Part shown: one piece after another, positions 36,618 to 46,638 of the stretch | How positions within the stretch are numbered: position 1 is the stretch's first letter | Layout: every line of letters starts with the position of its first letter | NCBI GenBank assembly: GCA_965207455.1 | Contig: CBDBMJ010000003.1 | Location: 54,197 to 118,196, forward strand | Origin: Bdellovibrionota bacterium | GTDB taxonomy: Bacteria > Bdellovibrionota > UBA1018 > CAIPTA01 > JAALKR01 | DNA length: 64,000 nucleotides | Direction: 5' to 3' | Translations under genes and position numbers: made by a program | Notes under the pieces: model-generated | What the model was told of the DNA's origin: nothing | Seen by the model: only the letters and a program-made list of their open reading frames with translations | Database searches by the model: none

Positions 36618-37622
36618 ATGCTGAAAAGAATAATAGTCAAGAATAAAGCCCTCACTACCATCATCTGCTTCTTGGTTTTTTTTCTAGCCCTGCTCTTGCG
36701 ACAATACATCATACAAAGCAATGACTCCGCTAGCATCTGGGGCCCCCCACCCACCTGCGACAAAAATGATATTACCCATTTCACCCTATCCCAAATAAAT
36801 GGCGACAAAAAAGACTCCAACACCTTTCGACGAACGAATCCCATCAAAAAAAATATTCCCGATTCGGCAAGGGATCTCTCGGCTGCTTGGGAATTTATAG
36901 AGCCGGATCTGGGTGAGGCCGACGCCCAAGTCCTACAGCGACTGGTTGGCTCCATTTGCTCCCTTCCCCTAGGACGTGCCATTCCCTCAAGGGACAAGAA
37001 AAAACTGGGGCTAGACAATCCAAGGATCAAGGGCAGTCTCCAAAAACCCCAGCCGGACGACCTCCCCCAAGTCTGGCACTTTCAGGTGGGCGGGAAGTAT
37101 ACTAGCCGTACAGTCGCAATTTTTCTCAAGAAAAACGATGGGTCTTCCGCTGTCTATGAGGCTCCTTTGGGCCTAGAAAAGCTCCTCCAATCCAATACTC
37201 AGCGCTTTCTCAATCGTCGTGTTATGAGAATGCCTCTGGGAAATGTGAACTATGTAAACGTGCAATTTGCGAAACGAAAGGGCTTCACTTTGGAGCGAGG
37301 TAGCTTGGATTGGAAAATGTTAGTGGAAGGGGAGACTGTGGCAGCCCCTAGCGATGAGATCCGTCGTTTTGTTAACAGGCTGGGCACCCTAAGGGCACTA
37401 GATATTCTAAAAAAATCTGTCACAGAAAAGAAATGTCGCAAACTTGCCGACGCTGCTATCGTGCAAATTGAAGGTATCGGTAACCATAAGGAAACTTTAT
37501 ATTTTAGCGAACCCCAGGATCTTGCGAATAAGAAAAGAAAACGAATGCTCACCTGTAATAGCCAAAGAAAATCCCTGCTTGGTGTGCATAAAGATATGTG
37601 GATGTATTTAAATACATTATAA
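36618..37622 (+). CDS. Membrane-anchored hypothetical protein
   Basis: 334 aa, N-terminal TM; preferred over the antisense low-complexity ORF 36545..37030. Confidence 0.4.
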   Translation: MLKRIIVKNKALTTIICFLVFFLALLLRQYIIQSNDSASIWGPPPTCDKNDITHFTLSQINGDKKDSNTFRRTNPIKKNIPDSARDLSAAWEFIEPDLGEADAQVLQRLVGSICSLPLGRAIPSRDKKKLGLDNPRIKGSLQKPQPDDLPQVWHFQVGGKYTSRTVAIFLKKNDGSSAVYEAPLGLEKLLQSNTQRFLNRRVMRMPLGNVNYVNVQFAKRKGFTLERGSLDWKMLVEGETVAAPSDEIRRFVNRLGTLRALDILKKSVTEKKCRKLADAAIVQIEGIGNHKETLYFSEPQDLANKKRKRMLTCNSQRKSLLGVHKDMWMYLNTL

Positions 37623-37674
37623 ACATAAAATCCCTCTTGACACGATCGACCATATGCCCTATAAGGAGAGAGAA

Positions 37675-38190
37675 ATGAAAAATATAAAAGTGCCTATTGC
37701 AATAATTCTACTCCATTCCACCCTTGCCTTCCATTCTGCCTTCGCCTTCACTACAGAAGAACAATGTCCCGACTCTACGTTTAAATTTGCAAAATATGAG
37801 TGCACCTCAACGACTGGTGAAAAGCATACATACGAAATAAAAAGCCAAGGTTGTGCCACCAAGGAGCTCGATGGAAAGGAGCAATCATACAACTCATTGA
37901 AAATAACCCAGCAGTCTGATAAAGGTGATGATTCTAAGGAGGAGTTCACTACGTGCATACGTGGGCCCCAATCAGGCAAACATTACTTTCTATGCCATCA
38001 ACCGAGCAAGGCTCAGGACATTTGTACAGAAAAAGAGTATTTAGTTTTTAATTTTGGGGAAATGGAAGATAAGTTTGGAGGAGAGAAAAGCTTACTGTTT
38101 GCTGCAAAATATATATGTGGCAAGCTTGAAGAGTACTCCTATTATATCGAGTACAATAAGTGCTCGCAAATCTTCCTAGACACCCCTTAA
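37675..38190 (+). CDS. Secreted cysteine-rich (10 Cys) hypothetical protein
   Basis: Signal peptide MKNIKVPIAIILLHSTLAFHSAFA; even number of Cys suggests disulfides. Confidence 0.45.
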   Translation: MKNIKVPIAIILLHSTLAFHSAFAFTTEEQCPDSTFKFAKYECTSTTGEKHTYEIKSQGCATKELDGKEQSYNSLKITQQSDKGDDSKEEFTTCIRGPQSGKHYFLCHQPSKAQDICTEKEYLVFNFGEMEDKFGGEKSLLFAAKYICGKLEEYSYYIEYNKCSQIFLDTP

Positions 38191-39675
38191 GCATAGAGTA
38201 TCTATGGCTTGTATGTAAAAACGTGTGGCTATATCCAATTGAGAGAGTTCATTATATTCATCGGGGGCGTACGCATTGGGAGCTTCTTTGCCAGGACCAA
38301 AGACCACGGTGGAGACTCCTTGGTCGGAAAAAATAGATCCTTCGGTGCAGGCCGAACCAGAGGTGATTTTCCCATTCACTCCAACCCTGTGGAGCGCTCC
38401 CATCAATACTCGCACAAAAGTACTTTCCCTATCCGTGTGCATAGCAGGGCTGGAGCTAACCCTCTTAAAGTTGAAACTTATTTTTGGCTCGCCCTGGGCT
38501 ATCCTATCCACGGCTTGCTGTAGGGTTTTTTCCAAATCCTCCCTTACTCCTTTGGAGGACATTTCAGGTAATAAAGATATATAAAAATATACAATGATGG
38601 TGTCTGCTTTATGCTCGATGGAATTCATGGATAGAGTGGAAAATGGAGGAGAAAACTCACTTGCGGTTTGCGTTTTTAATTCTTCTCCAACCGTTTCCAT
38701 CATATCTTCCAATTGAAAAAGAATGTCTAAGAGTTTGTCGGGAAAGAGTCGAACAACAGCATCGCTCCCGGAGCGATTAAAGTTGAGCTCAAAAAAATCA
38801 CTGGGATTCCCCTGTAAATGTTTTTTAAATTGACGACGGAACATGTCCAACTCCCCATCAGGGAGCATGATAACCGCTGTGGCACTGTCGGCTACTTTAT
38901 GCAACTCTCCCCCACCACTCAAGGATTGCATGCGTATGGGAATATGACTTGCTTTCAATGCACGCAACAGTCGCAGGAGTTTTTCAATGGCACTATCCCC
39001 TGTTTCCGGCATGGCAGCGTACGCACCCGTACCCAAAGCTTTTATTTCCACACGAACATTAAATTCTCTAGCGTCCTTTTGTATCGTCGCAAAAGATAAC
39101 TGTATGGCTGTGCTCATCTGAGATTTATGATGATTCATAATCTGTAGGGACGTGGGGTGACCAATAAGGGCGTACTTGGGATTGAGTGCTTTCGAGTCCA
39201 TCAAGTACTTGCTCCCAAAAAAAGAAGACTCTGCCCCACAGGTGGCTGCCAAGTATATGGGCTGAGCTAATTTCTTATCCACAAATTGCTTGCAGGCCTC
39301 TAACTTACATAAAAAATCTAACTTGGCATTCGCAGCACCCAGTCCGATGATCTTGTCCTTGTCTACCTGAGGACTCCATGGCTCGCTGTTCAAGCGCTTC
39401 CAGTGGGAAAGGTTCCCTGGGTAGGCTGTGTCCAAGTGGGATAGGAGAAGAAGACCTTTAGAGGTTTTGCTTTCCACTAAATCGTCGCCCAAAATTCCAA
39501 TAATATTAAATTGCCTGCGATTATAGTTTTCGATGGAGTGCTCCACTTTTTGCACAATGATCTTGGCCTGTAGGGACTCAAAAATAGGAATTAAATAATC
39601 TACTATTTTCTCATTCCCAATACTCGTAACGCTATTGATTCGCAGTAAGTTTAAGGCTTGATCGATAAAATCCAT
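38176..39675 (-). CDS. M20-family metallopeptidase/deacylase (ArgE/DapE-like)
   Basis: LSHLDTAYPG ... IGLGAANAKLDF metal-ligand motifs; 499 aa. Confidence 0.6.
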   Translation of the reverse strand: MDFIDQALNLLRINSVTSIGNEKIVDYLIPIFESLQAKIIVQKVEHSIENYNRRQFNIIGILGDDLVESKTSKGLLLLSHLDTAYPGNLSHWKRLNSEPWSPQVDKDKIIGLGAANAKLDFLCKLEACKQFVDKKLAQPIYLAATCGAESSFFGSKYLMDSKALNPKYALIGHPTSLQIMNHHKSQMSTAIQLSFATIQKDAREFNVRVEIKALGTGAYAAMPETGDSAIEKLLRLLRALKASHIPIRMQSLSGGGELHKVADSATAVIMLPDGELDMFRRQFKKHLQGNPSDFFELNFNRSGSDAVVRLFPDKLLDILFQLEDMMETVGEELKTQTASEFSPPFSTLSMNSIEHKADTIIVYFYISLLPEMSSKGVREDLEKTLQQAVDRIAQGEPKISFNFKRVSSSPAMHTDRESTFVRVLMGALHRVGVNGKITSGSACTEGSIFSDQGVSTVVFGPGKEAPNAYAPDEYNELSQLDIATRFYIQAIDTLCLRGV

Positions 39676-39767
39676 TTCCCCCTATAGTAACCTTTTCTTT
39701 ATAGGTGAGACAATTTTTCCTGAAAATTCATCTGGACCTAAGTTTATTCACACGTTAAAATCCCCCT

Positions 39768-40529
39768 ATGGGCAACTACTGTACCTTTTTTCTATATCTA
39801 ATCGCTATTCCAGTGTACGCACAGGGCACGAACACTACCGTAGAGCTGCAAACTGCGGAGCACGCCTACCAAGAAAAAAACTATGAAAAGGCCCATACCC
39901 TATACACAAAGCTCCTCAAAAAGTCTCCCAACTCAGCAAACCTTCTCTTTAACCTCGCCTCCGTAGAAATAAAAATAGGAATGTTGGGCAGGGCATACGC
40001 CCATTTGCTACGCGCCCAAAGAAATAGCCCACTGGACTCGGACATTCGCTACAATACAAAACTACTGTACCAAGCATTGTCGGAGGAAAAAAACTTAGCC
40101 ACGGTGCCTTCCCAAACCGTACTGGGCTCCACCTTTCTTGGCAGCATCCCACTAAGTCTTTGGCTATGCCTTATGCTTTTGTTCTCAGCCCTTGGTTTAC
40201 TCCTGTTTAAACGGGGCGGCTTTCCCTTAACTGCCTCTTCTTTTTTTGCCCTATTGTTTGCTATCGTCAGTGCCTCAGTTTTTTATAACCATTACCACGA
40301 GGCTGTAGTGGTAGGGGAAGAGCCGGTGGTACGCAGTGGTCCAAACGATGGCTTTCCTGAAGTGCTGCTCCTAGCTCAAGGGAGCCTCGTGGCAGTGGAG
40401 GAAAAAAACAAACAGTGGGCTAAAATTCGCTTTCGCCTCGTCCATGGCTCCAGTGATGAGGACATTATTGGTTGGCTGAAGATAAAAACCCTAGATATCT
40501 TGGCTAACCCTAGGGTAGGCTTCCAATAA
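39768..40529 (+). CDS. TPR + TM + C-terminal SH3b-like domain protein
   Basis: N-terminal TPR (EKAHTLYTKLLKKSPNSANLLFNLA), two TM helices, C-terminal VRSGPNDGFPEVLLLAQGSLVAV...GWL SH3-like. Confidence 0.45.
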   Translation: MGNYCTFFLYLIAIPVYAQGTNTTVELQTAEHAYQEKNYEKAHTLYTKLLKKSPNSANLLFNLASVEIKIGMLGRAYAHLLRAQRNSPLDSDIRYNTKLLYQALSEEKNLATVPSQTVLGSTFLGSIPLSLWLCLMLLFSALGLLLFKRGGFPLTASSFFALLFAIVSASVFYNHYHEAVVVGEEPVVRSGPNDGFPEVLLLAQGSLVAVEEKNKQWAKIRFRLVHGSSDEDIIGWLKIKTLDILANPRVGFQ

Positions 40530-40540
40530 GGTGACATCCC

Positions 40541-41293
40541 GTGTTTATTCGTAAATTTCCATCCTTTCTCCTTCTTTTCGCCCTAGCGCTTTCTGCCTGC
40601 TCCACTACGCAAAGTAAAAAAAAATCAAGCAACGTCATTACGGCTAAATACCAAGAAGCCCTAGAATTCTTGGAAGATAAACGCTACCTGGAAGCCAATA
40701 AAAGATTCCAGAGCTTAAAAATCCGTAACCCCTACAGTAGGTACGCTTCCCTATCCTCCCTTCGCATTGGAGATACCTATTTTCAGCAGGGCCTATACCT
40801 AGAGGCTGCCAGTGCATATAAACTGTTCCTAGACCTCTACCCTAAACATAAAGAAGCAAGCTATGCCCTTTTTCGTATTGGAGAAAGCAATATGAAAACC
40901 GTTCCCGATTCCATTTACTTGGATCTGACGGGAGCCACTATTGCGATAAAGAGTTTCCGTCGATTTTTACAAAGGTTTCCCAAGAGTCAGTACCGGAAAA
41001 AAGCGAAAAAATTCATTGCAAGTTTGCGAAAGAAGCTAGGGGAAAAGGAAAACTATGTGGGGAACTTTTACTTTAAACGGGAATTGTGGAAGTCCGCAAT
41101 TGAACGCTATCGTCGAATTTTGAAAGAATACTCGGACCTCAAAATATTCAATGAAAAAGCACTCTATCGCCTAGCCTATTCCTACCGACAAATAAAAGAG
41201 CGGCGAAAGTCCAGAGGCATAGTGGCACGCTTAAAAAAGAGATACCCCAAGGGAGCATTTACAAAAAAAGTACAGTCATGGAAACGACAATAA
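40541..41293 (+). CDS. bamD: BamD-like outer-membrane assembly lipoprotein (TPR-like)
   Basis: Lipobox LALSAC; 250 aa; TPR-like helices with the YxxAxF and IGxxY pattern typical of BamD/YfiO. Confidence 0.5.
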   Translation: MFIRKFPSFLLLFALALSACSTTQSKKKSSNVITAKYQEALEFLEDKRYLEANKRFQSLKIRNPYSRYASLSSLRIGDTYFQQGLYLEAASAYKLFLDLYPKHKEASYALFRIGESNMKTVPDSIYLDLTGATIAIKSFRRFLQRFPKSQYRKKAKKFIASLRKKLGEKENYVGNFYFKRELWKSAIERYRRILKEYSDLKIFNEKALYRLAYSYRQIKERRKSRGIVARLKKRYPKGAFTKKVQSWKRQ

Positions 41294-41311
41294 AGGAAAG
41301 GCGAGATTATA

Positions 41312-42013
41312 ATGGATGTAAGCAAAATTCGAAACCTGATCAAAAGCAAAAAGTACCAGCTAGCCCAAGAAGCGCTCCTACGAATGAGTGTAGACGGAAA
41401 GTCCACGGACGAATCTCAGTATTTAATGGGACTCGTCTGCCAACGACAAAATAATTTGGAGGGAGCAGTCTATGCCTACCAACAAGCCCTTGCCCGTAAC
41501 CCCGTCCATACCAATGCCTCCATTGCCCTATCCGTGATTCATAATGATATTGGTCACTACAAAAGCGCAAAGAAAATATTTGAGCAGGCAGAAAAAAATG
41601 AAACCAAGGGAGGCACACACACTCGAAACAACGCCGTAACCAAAGAACTCTTTCAAAAACACCTAGAAACGGGCAACCTATACCGGAAAATACAACGCTA
41701 CGACGAAGCTACCCATGAGTATATAAAAGCTGGTCGACTAGACCCCAACAACCCTGAAGCTAATATTTGCTTAGCTAAGCTGCTTGCCCAACGGGGACAG
41801 GTAAGTGCCGCTAAAAAAGAACTGGAAAGACTCATCTATGCCTTCCCCAACTACATATCGGCACGAATACAACTCGCTCTCCTACTATACGCCATGGGAA
41901 ATACGGTAGACGCTAGAGGGGAACTCATCAATGCCCTAGCAATAGACCCTGAAAATAAGGAAGCTAAAAAATATTTAACTCTAACGGCAAAAGCTACAGA
42001 AAGCTTATCGTAA
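41312..42013 (+). CDS. TPR repeat protein
   Basis: Several 34-aa TPR units (AYQQALARNPVHTNA..., YIKAGRLDPNNPEA...). Confidence 0.55.
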   Translation: MDVSKIRNLIKSKKYQLAQEALLRMSVDGKSTDESQYLMGLVCQRQNNLEGAVYAYQQALARNPVHTNASIALSVIHNDIGHYKSAKKIFEQAEKNETKGGTHTRNNAVTKELFQKHLETGNLYRKIQRYDEATHEYIKAGRLDPNNPEANICLAKLLAQRGQVSAAKKELERLIYAFPNYISARIQLALLLYAMGNTVDARGELINALAIDPENKEAKKYLTLTAKATESLS

Positions 42014-42018
42014 AATCC

Positions 42019-42567
42019 CTATAGGGGACTCACTTGTACGCCGGACTCCACACCTGCCAACGGAACAGCTGTGGCCACATTCGTACGGTGAATCGTTCCC
42101 ATGGGAGTTTTTGCCACCGATATCACTAGGGCTGATAACTCATTGTACATGGCACACTTCACGGAATATTCATTTTCCTGAAGCACCACCTGTCGCCCCA
42201 AACGCTCTTTGGTATTGACAACAATGGGTGCTTTTAGGTTCGCCGTCATCTCCCGAACATCCGCAGGAATGGTGAGCACGGAATACACCAAGGTTTTCTC
42301 CTTTTCTAAAGAAGAGAGCTTTAATACACGCAATTCGTTTGCCGATAAACGCACATGATAATCCTTACGAAATACCATTGGTTCCAGTATGGGAAACGCA
42401 ATCTCTGAATTTTCCACGGATTGAAACCACAGGATCATGGTCTCGTCCGACGGGTCCACAATAAAATATTGTTTTAGCTTCTCAAAACCCATCATGCCTT
42501 CCGACAAATGAATAATATGCTCCGAAGCCACATTTAATACACCAAAACGGCTTGTTTTAATCCCCAT
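42019..42567 (-). CDS. fliW: Flagellar assembly factor FliW (C-terminally extended)
   Basis: FGVLNV...IHLSEGMMGFEKLKQYFIV...WFQSVENSEIAFPILEP matches FliW; 182 aa versus about 150 typical. Confidence 0.75.
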   Translation of the reverse strand: MGIKTSRFGVLNVASEHIIHLSEGMMGFEKLKQYFIVDPSDETMILWFQSVENSEIAFPILEPMVFRKDYHVRLSANELRVLKLSSLEKEKTLVYSVLTIPADVREMTANLKAPIVVNTKERLGRQVVLQENEYSVKCAMYNELSALVISVAKTPMGTIHRTNVATAVPLAGVESGVQVSPL

Positions 42568-42637
42568 ATTCCCTCCCCACTCTTTATGTTAAAGATCACT
42601 CATTACTTTGATTTTAACTCCAACGTTTGGGAATTGG

Positions 42638-42889
42638 CTAGGATTCTTTATCTTCTTTTACGCCACTTTTAATAATATCTGCCATATTTGATACAGATTT
42701 AGGGGAAAGTCCCGCTGCTTCCTTGTTAGAATCTTGAATGGAGGTGTAAATTTCCTCCCGGTGGATTTTTGTCTCCTTGGGCGCCTGTATTCCTAGCCGT
42801 ACCTGTTTTCCCTTAATTTGCACAACCATTATCTTAATATGGTCGTCTATGGCTATCGACTCTCCAAGCTTTCTTGTTAAAACTAGCAT
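42638..42889 (-). CDS. csrA: Carbon storage regulator CsrA (flagellar-type, extended C-terminus)
   Basis: MLVLTRKLGESIAIDDHIKIMVVQIKGKQVRLGIQAPKETKIHREEIY. Confidence 0.9.
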   Translation of the reverse strand: MLVLTRKLGESIAIDDHIKIMVVQIKGKQVRLGIQAPKETKIHREEIYTSIQDSNKEAAGLSPKSVSNMADIIKSGVKEDKES

Positions 42890-42986
42890 ATCTTAATCCT
42901 CATACTCCCTGATGATTTTTCTTTTTTTCCTCTAGGTTATTAGGTGCATACCTGATTTTGCTACATTCAGCAATGGAAACCAGCAT

Positions 42987-43907
42987 TTATGTTAAAAAAT
43001 CTAGGAGTTTTAGGCTATTAAACTTTTGCGCCGCACCTAAACTAGCCTTTAAGGCCGTTTCTTCCTTAGCTAAATCTGCGACCACACGCACCAAATCTGC
43101 ATCCTCCATGGAGCTCCGAACCTCTGCCTGTATGAGGTCGCGCTCCCCAATGCCCCTGATGGAATTTTCAATGGTCGATGCTTTCGTCCCCACATCCGTT
43201 CGAGCCTCGATAAGGCGACTGCGTATACCATCCAGTGAACCCAGCACCGATTGGATCTTCTCATGGTCATTGCTCTTCAAGGCATCGTAGAATGTGTTGA
43301 GAATAAAAAAAGCATTCTCTGGCTCATCCTGTTCCAAGCCAAACTCTCCTCGATACACAGGAGAACCCGAAAATACATCCTGACCCGGCAGGTTCATGGA
43401 TACAAACACATCCTCATCCACCTCCACCATCATATTGCCATCGTCCCCAGAATAGTCCCCTCGCTCACTAAAAGGCTTTGTGCTTGTCTGAAAACCACCA
43501 AATATATAGCGACCCCCTAAGCGCTTATTGGCTAGGCTCAGTAGTTCCTGGCGTAAGGAGTTTACCTCTTCAGCTACTAGGGACCGGGTTTCTGCACCAT
43601 TGGCTGCATTGCTAGCCATTTGAATGGAAAGATCTTTCGTTCGATCCACCACATCCAAGGCAGAAGTCAATACAGTTTCCGTATAATAAAGAAAGTTCTT
43701 TGCTAAAGATGCGTTCCGAACGAATTGCTCATTATTCATTGCACTCTCCTTTATCTGAGTTACATGCTGATAACCTGCCGGATCGTCGGAAGGTTTATTG
43801 ATGCGTTTAAGGCCACCTGCCTCTTGCTGGAGCTTTGCCAAATTACTCCGAGGCTTGTTTACTGAATCTTTTATTCCTTTGTATATAGAGTTTTCTGTTA
43901 TTCTCAT
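42987..43907 (-). CDS. flgL: Flagellar hook-associated protein 3
   Basis: Flagellin-like N and C termini; position after flgK. Confidence 0.75.
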   Translation of the reverse strand: MRITENSIYKGIKDSVNKPRSNLAKLQQEAGGLKRINKPSDDPAGYQHVTQIKESAMNNEQFVRNASLAKNFLYYTETVLTSALDVVDRTKDLSIQMASNAANGAETRSLVAEEVNSLRQELLSLANKRLGGRYIFGGFQTSTKPFSERGDYSGDDGNMMVEVDEDVFVSMNLPGQDVFSGSPVYRGEFGLEQDEPENAFFILNTFYDALKSNDHEKIQSVLGSLDGIRSRLIEARTDVGTKASTIENSIRGIGERDLIQAEVRSSMEDADLVRVVADLAKEETALKASLGAAQKFNSLKLLDFLT

Positions 43908-43911
43908 AATT

Positions 43912-45342
43912 TTAACCTAATAAACCAATTATTGTTTCTAACATTTCATCAGCCACTTTCATCACTTTTGCATTAGCAGAATAGGCGTGCTGAAAGCGAA
44001 CAATGTCTGCCGTTTCTTCATCTAAACTCACACCACTGATTTGTTCTCGAAAGCCTTCCAACTGATTCATAACATCTACTTTAAATGTCAGTTCTTTATT
44101 CGCAAAAGCAGTACTACTACCTATATCAGCAACAATGGAATTATAATCTTCCACAACGGAATGATCGGGAATTCCAGAGGAGCCTTTCAAGGAAGGCAGC
44201 TTAGATATCTGTAGAGCAATGCGATTATCTCCAGGTGCCTCAGGCAAGAGACCAGCAGCAATAGCGTCCAAGGAGGAGGTGACTTCATCGGAAAGTCGAA
44301 ACAATTCTATGGCACGCCCCTTACTCTCTTCTTCAATTTTTTGAAAAAAATCTCTCTCGCCCACTCCATCTAAACCGTAACCTGCTTGATGAATGGTGTT
44401 CACATTATTGACTAGACTAAAGGCAATGGTATCCATTTTCTCCATAGCTCTTCCCACCTCTCCATCTCTTACTCCAAGGAGAGCACCTATTCTACCTTGG
44501 GTCATATAGGGAGTGAGTTCAAAGGGAGCCACATCATGCAAATAAATACTGTACGTATTTTCCGGTTTTCCATTGCTATTACCCGGAGTTCTTCGCAACT
44601 CCAACTCGTTGAGCGTATCTCCTGAAAGAACAATACCCTGTCCTGCCACCGTTATACTCATCATACCCGCATCGTTTTCAAAAACTGAGATTTCACTCAA
44701 TTCGCCCAAGCGATTTATGGCCAGATCCCTTCTATCATCTAAATCAGGCACTTCTTTTCCTCCCACTCTTCCTGCACTAATTAAGGCATTGAACTCTCGG
44801 ACTTCATGCAGAATGGAGTTAAATTCTTTTGTATAGCCTTTGATACGAGCATCGATATTTTTCTGGATTCCCAGCAAACCATTATCGATATTGCCTGCAC
44901 TTTTCACTAAACTCTTGGCAGAAGCACGCACAGTGGAACGAAGAGCAATGTTGGAAGGATCTAGGGATAGGTTTTTAAACTCGTTAAAAAATTTGGATAA
45001 CTGGTGGTTAAAACCTTCCACATTGGATTCATTAAAAACCTGCTCGGACTGTGAGAGAAAAATCTTTCTCTCCTCTGCATAACCCAAACTCGTGGCTTCC
45101 TTTCCAATACGTTGGCTGAGGTATTCATCGGACGTACGAGACACTCCCGTGTTTCTCACGCCAGAGCCCACATATCCATTTGCTTTAGGAATACTAGGCC
45201 CCGTTACTTGATCCACTTTTTGACGGGAATAGCCCTTCGTATTGGCATTGGCCACATTATGGGAAGCACTTCCTAAAGAACTCCGGGAGGCATTTAATCC
45301 TGAGTTGGCAATATCAAATATTCGTGTTGCGCCACTACTCAT
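43912..45342 (-). CDS. flgK: Flagellar hook-associated protein 1
   Basis: GLNASRSSLGSASHNVANANTKGYSRQ N-terminal rod/hook motif; 476 aa. Confidence 0.85.
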   Translation of the reverse strand: MSSGATRIFDIANSGLNASRSSLGSASHNVANANTKGYSRQKVDQVTGPSIPKANGYVGSGVRNTGVSRTSDEYLSQRIGKEATSLGYAEERKIFLSQSEQVFNESNVEGFNHQLSKFFNEFKNLSLDPSNIALRSTVRASAKSLVKSAGNIDNGLLGIQKNIDARIKGYTKEFNSILHEVREFNALISAGRVGGKEVPDLDDRRDLAINRLGELSEISVFENDAGMMSITVAGQGIVLSGDTLNELELRRTPGNSNGKPENTYSIYLHDVAPFELTPYMTQGRIGALLGVRDGEVGRAMEKMDTIAFSLVNNVNTIHQAGYGLDGVGERDFFQKIEEESKGRAIELFRLSDEVTSSLDAIAAGLLPEAPGDNRIALQISKLPSLKGSSGIPDHSVVEDYNSIVADIGSSTAFANKELTFKVDVMNQLEGFREQISGVSLDEETADIVRFQHAYSANAKVMKVADEMLETIIGLLG

Positions 45343-45357
45343 CGCCCATCCCCCTAG

Positions 45358-45867
45358 TTAAACTTTCTCGGATACAATGCGTGCGTTTCTATCTCCACTT
45401 TCATGCATCTTTCCTCGGGGATTATATGTTGGAGATTTATCTTCCGTAACTGCTAAGGCATTTTTTTTCATTTCCTGGGTTTCTTCCAGGGCATTTTCCA
45501 CTAACCTTCCATTTTCTTGATTAAAGCTATGCACACGAGTGACAATAATCCTCAAGCTGTTGCGTAATTTCATTATCGACGGATACTGAGGATACAGCCT
45601 TGCCACAGCCTCTAAACTCAGTTTCTCCACATCTTGGTTTGTGGCATTTGCTAGAGATAATAGCCATTTCTGGCGTTCCATTTCTTTCTTGTGCAATTCA
45701 CCTAAAAGAACCTCTTTGGCTAACGTAATCTTACGAATTTCTTTTATGTTTGTTTGTACAACATAATCCTTCTCTTCTCGAACGAGAAGCAACAATTCTT
45801 TATAAAGGGTAAGTTGAGACGTTAAATTTTCTTCCAGCAACTCTACTTCTGGTAGCGAATCATCCAT
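45358..45867 (-). CDS. flgN: FlgN-like flagellar export chaperone
   Basis: Helical 169-aa protein upstream of flgK; LYKELLLLVREEKDYVV pattern. Confidence 0.5.
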   Translation of the reverse strand: MDDSLPEVELLEENLTSQLTLYKELLLLVREEKDYVVQTNIKEIRKITLAKEVLLGELHKKEMERQKWLLSLANATNQDVEKLSLEAVARLYPQYPSIMKLRNSLRIIVTRVHSFNQENGRLVENALEETQEMKKNALAVTEDKSPTYNPRGKMHESGDRNARIVSEKV

Positions 45868-45921
45868 GAATTTTCCTCCATCCTCCGTGATAGAGATACC
45901 GATTTTCTTCAGCCCCTTCAG

Positions 45922-45960
45922 TTTTGGCCCCTAGTTTTGGCCCCTAGCTTTAGCTCCTAG
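45922..45960. repeat. 13-bp tandem repeat (ttttggcccctag x2 + ctttagctcctag) in the flgM-flgN junction; third unit holds the flgM stop
   Basis: Read directly. Confidence 0.75.
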
Positions 45961-46265
45961 CTTCGCAGCAACTCCTCAAGCAACATTTTATCGGCAACCT
46001 CTCCGTAATCGGGTTTATACTCATTTGCAGCAATTTGTTTTTTCAGTAACTCTACTTTTTCTTTGTTTGATAGGTCTGTGCCTTTCACTATCTCTATGGC
46101 CTTGGCCACTAGCTTCGCCTTATCGGATAACCTAACCGCTGTGCCATCCATTGTTTTAGGGGCTTGTTCTCCACGCCCCACAGTGGTATTGGGATTCAAC
46201 ATATTTTTCTTAGCTTTAGCTAAGTTTGATATTTCCACATTATCCATGGAGCTTGAAACTTTCAT
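45957..46265 (-). CDS. flgM: Anti-sigma-28 factor FlgM
   Basis: C-terminal KVELLKKQIAANEYKPDYGEVADKML matches the FlgM sigma-28-binding helix. Confidence 0.75.
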   Translation of the reverse strand: MKVSSSMDNVEISNLAKAKKNMLNPNTTVGRGEQAPKTMDGTAVRLSDKAKLVAKAIEIVKGTDLSNKEKVELLKKQIAANEYKPDYGEVADKMLLEELLRS

Positions 46266-46320
46266 AACCTATTTCCTTTCTAAAACTCAGTTTTATTGTA
46301 ACACAATAGTTGCTATCAAG

Positions 46321-46638
46321 TCATTCCTTTTTCTGTGTGTGAATGTTGCGAATACCTGTCTGAGCAGGATCCGTTAAGTGGCGAACAATGAGCTCTGCAA
46401 GACCAATCCCCCTACCACTCTCACTTGCTTTCTCTGCATAGGTATCGTCCAACATTCCACGAAATAACTGTAAAGAACGATTATTTTTTGAGTCTGCACT
46501 TTCTGGCACACTACTTCGCATGGCACGAACCAATTGCTTTAAAAAGTTTGCCTCCATGGCACGCGCTGCTTGCACTAACTTTGGGTCCACCCGATCCAGA
46601 TTTACAGGTTGGATAATTTTTGTTGTATTTACCTTCAT
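46321..46638 (-). CDS. Rod-binding protein (FlgJ N-terminal domain-like)
   Basis: AARAMEANFLKQLVRAMRSS...RGMLDDTYAEKASESGRGIGLAELI fits the Rod_binding domain. Confidence 0.6.
   Translation of the reverse strand: MKVNTTKIIQPVNLDRVDPKLVQAARAMEANFLKQLVRAMRSSVPESADSKNNRSLQLFRGMLDDTYAEKASESGRGIGLAELIVRHLTDPAQTGIRNIHTQKKE

Noticed and set aside
36545-37030. 161-aa minus-strand ORF overlapping the exbB end and the 36618..37622 gene
   Set aside because: Low-complexity Arg/Ser-rich translation; overlaps two better-supported genes. The longer plus-strand ORF with a TM anchor is preferred.
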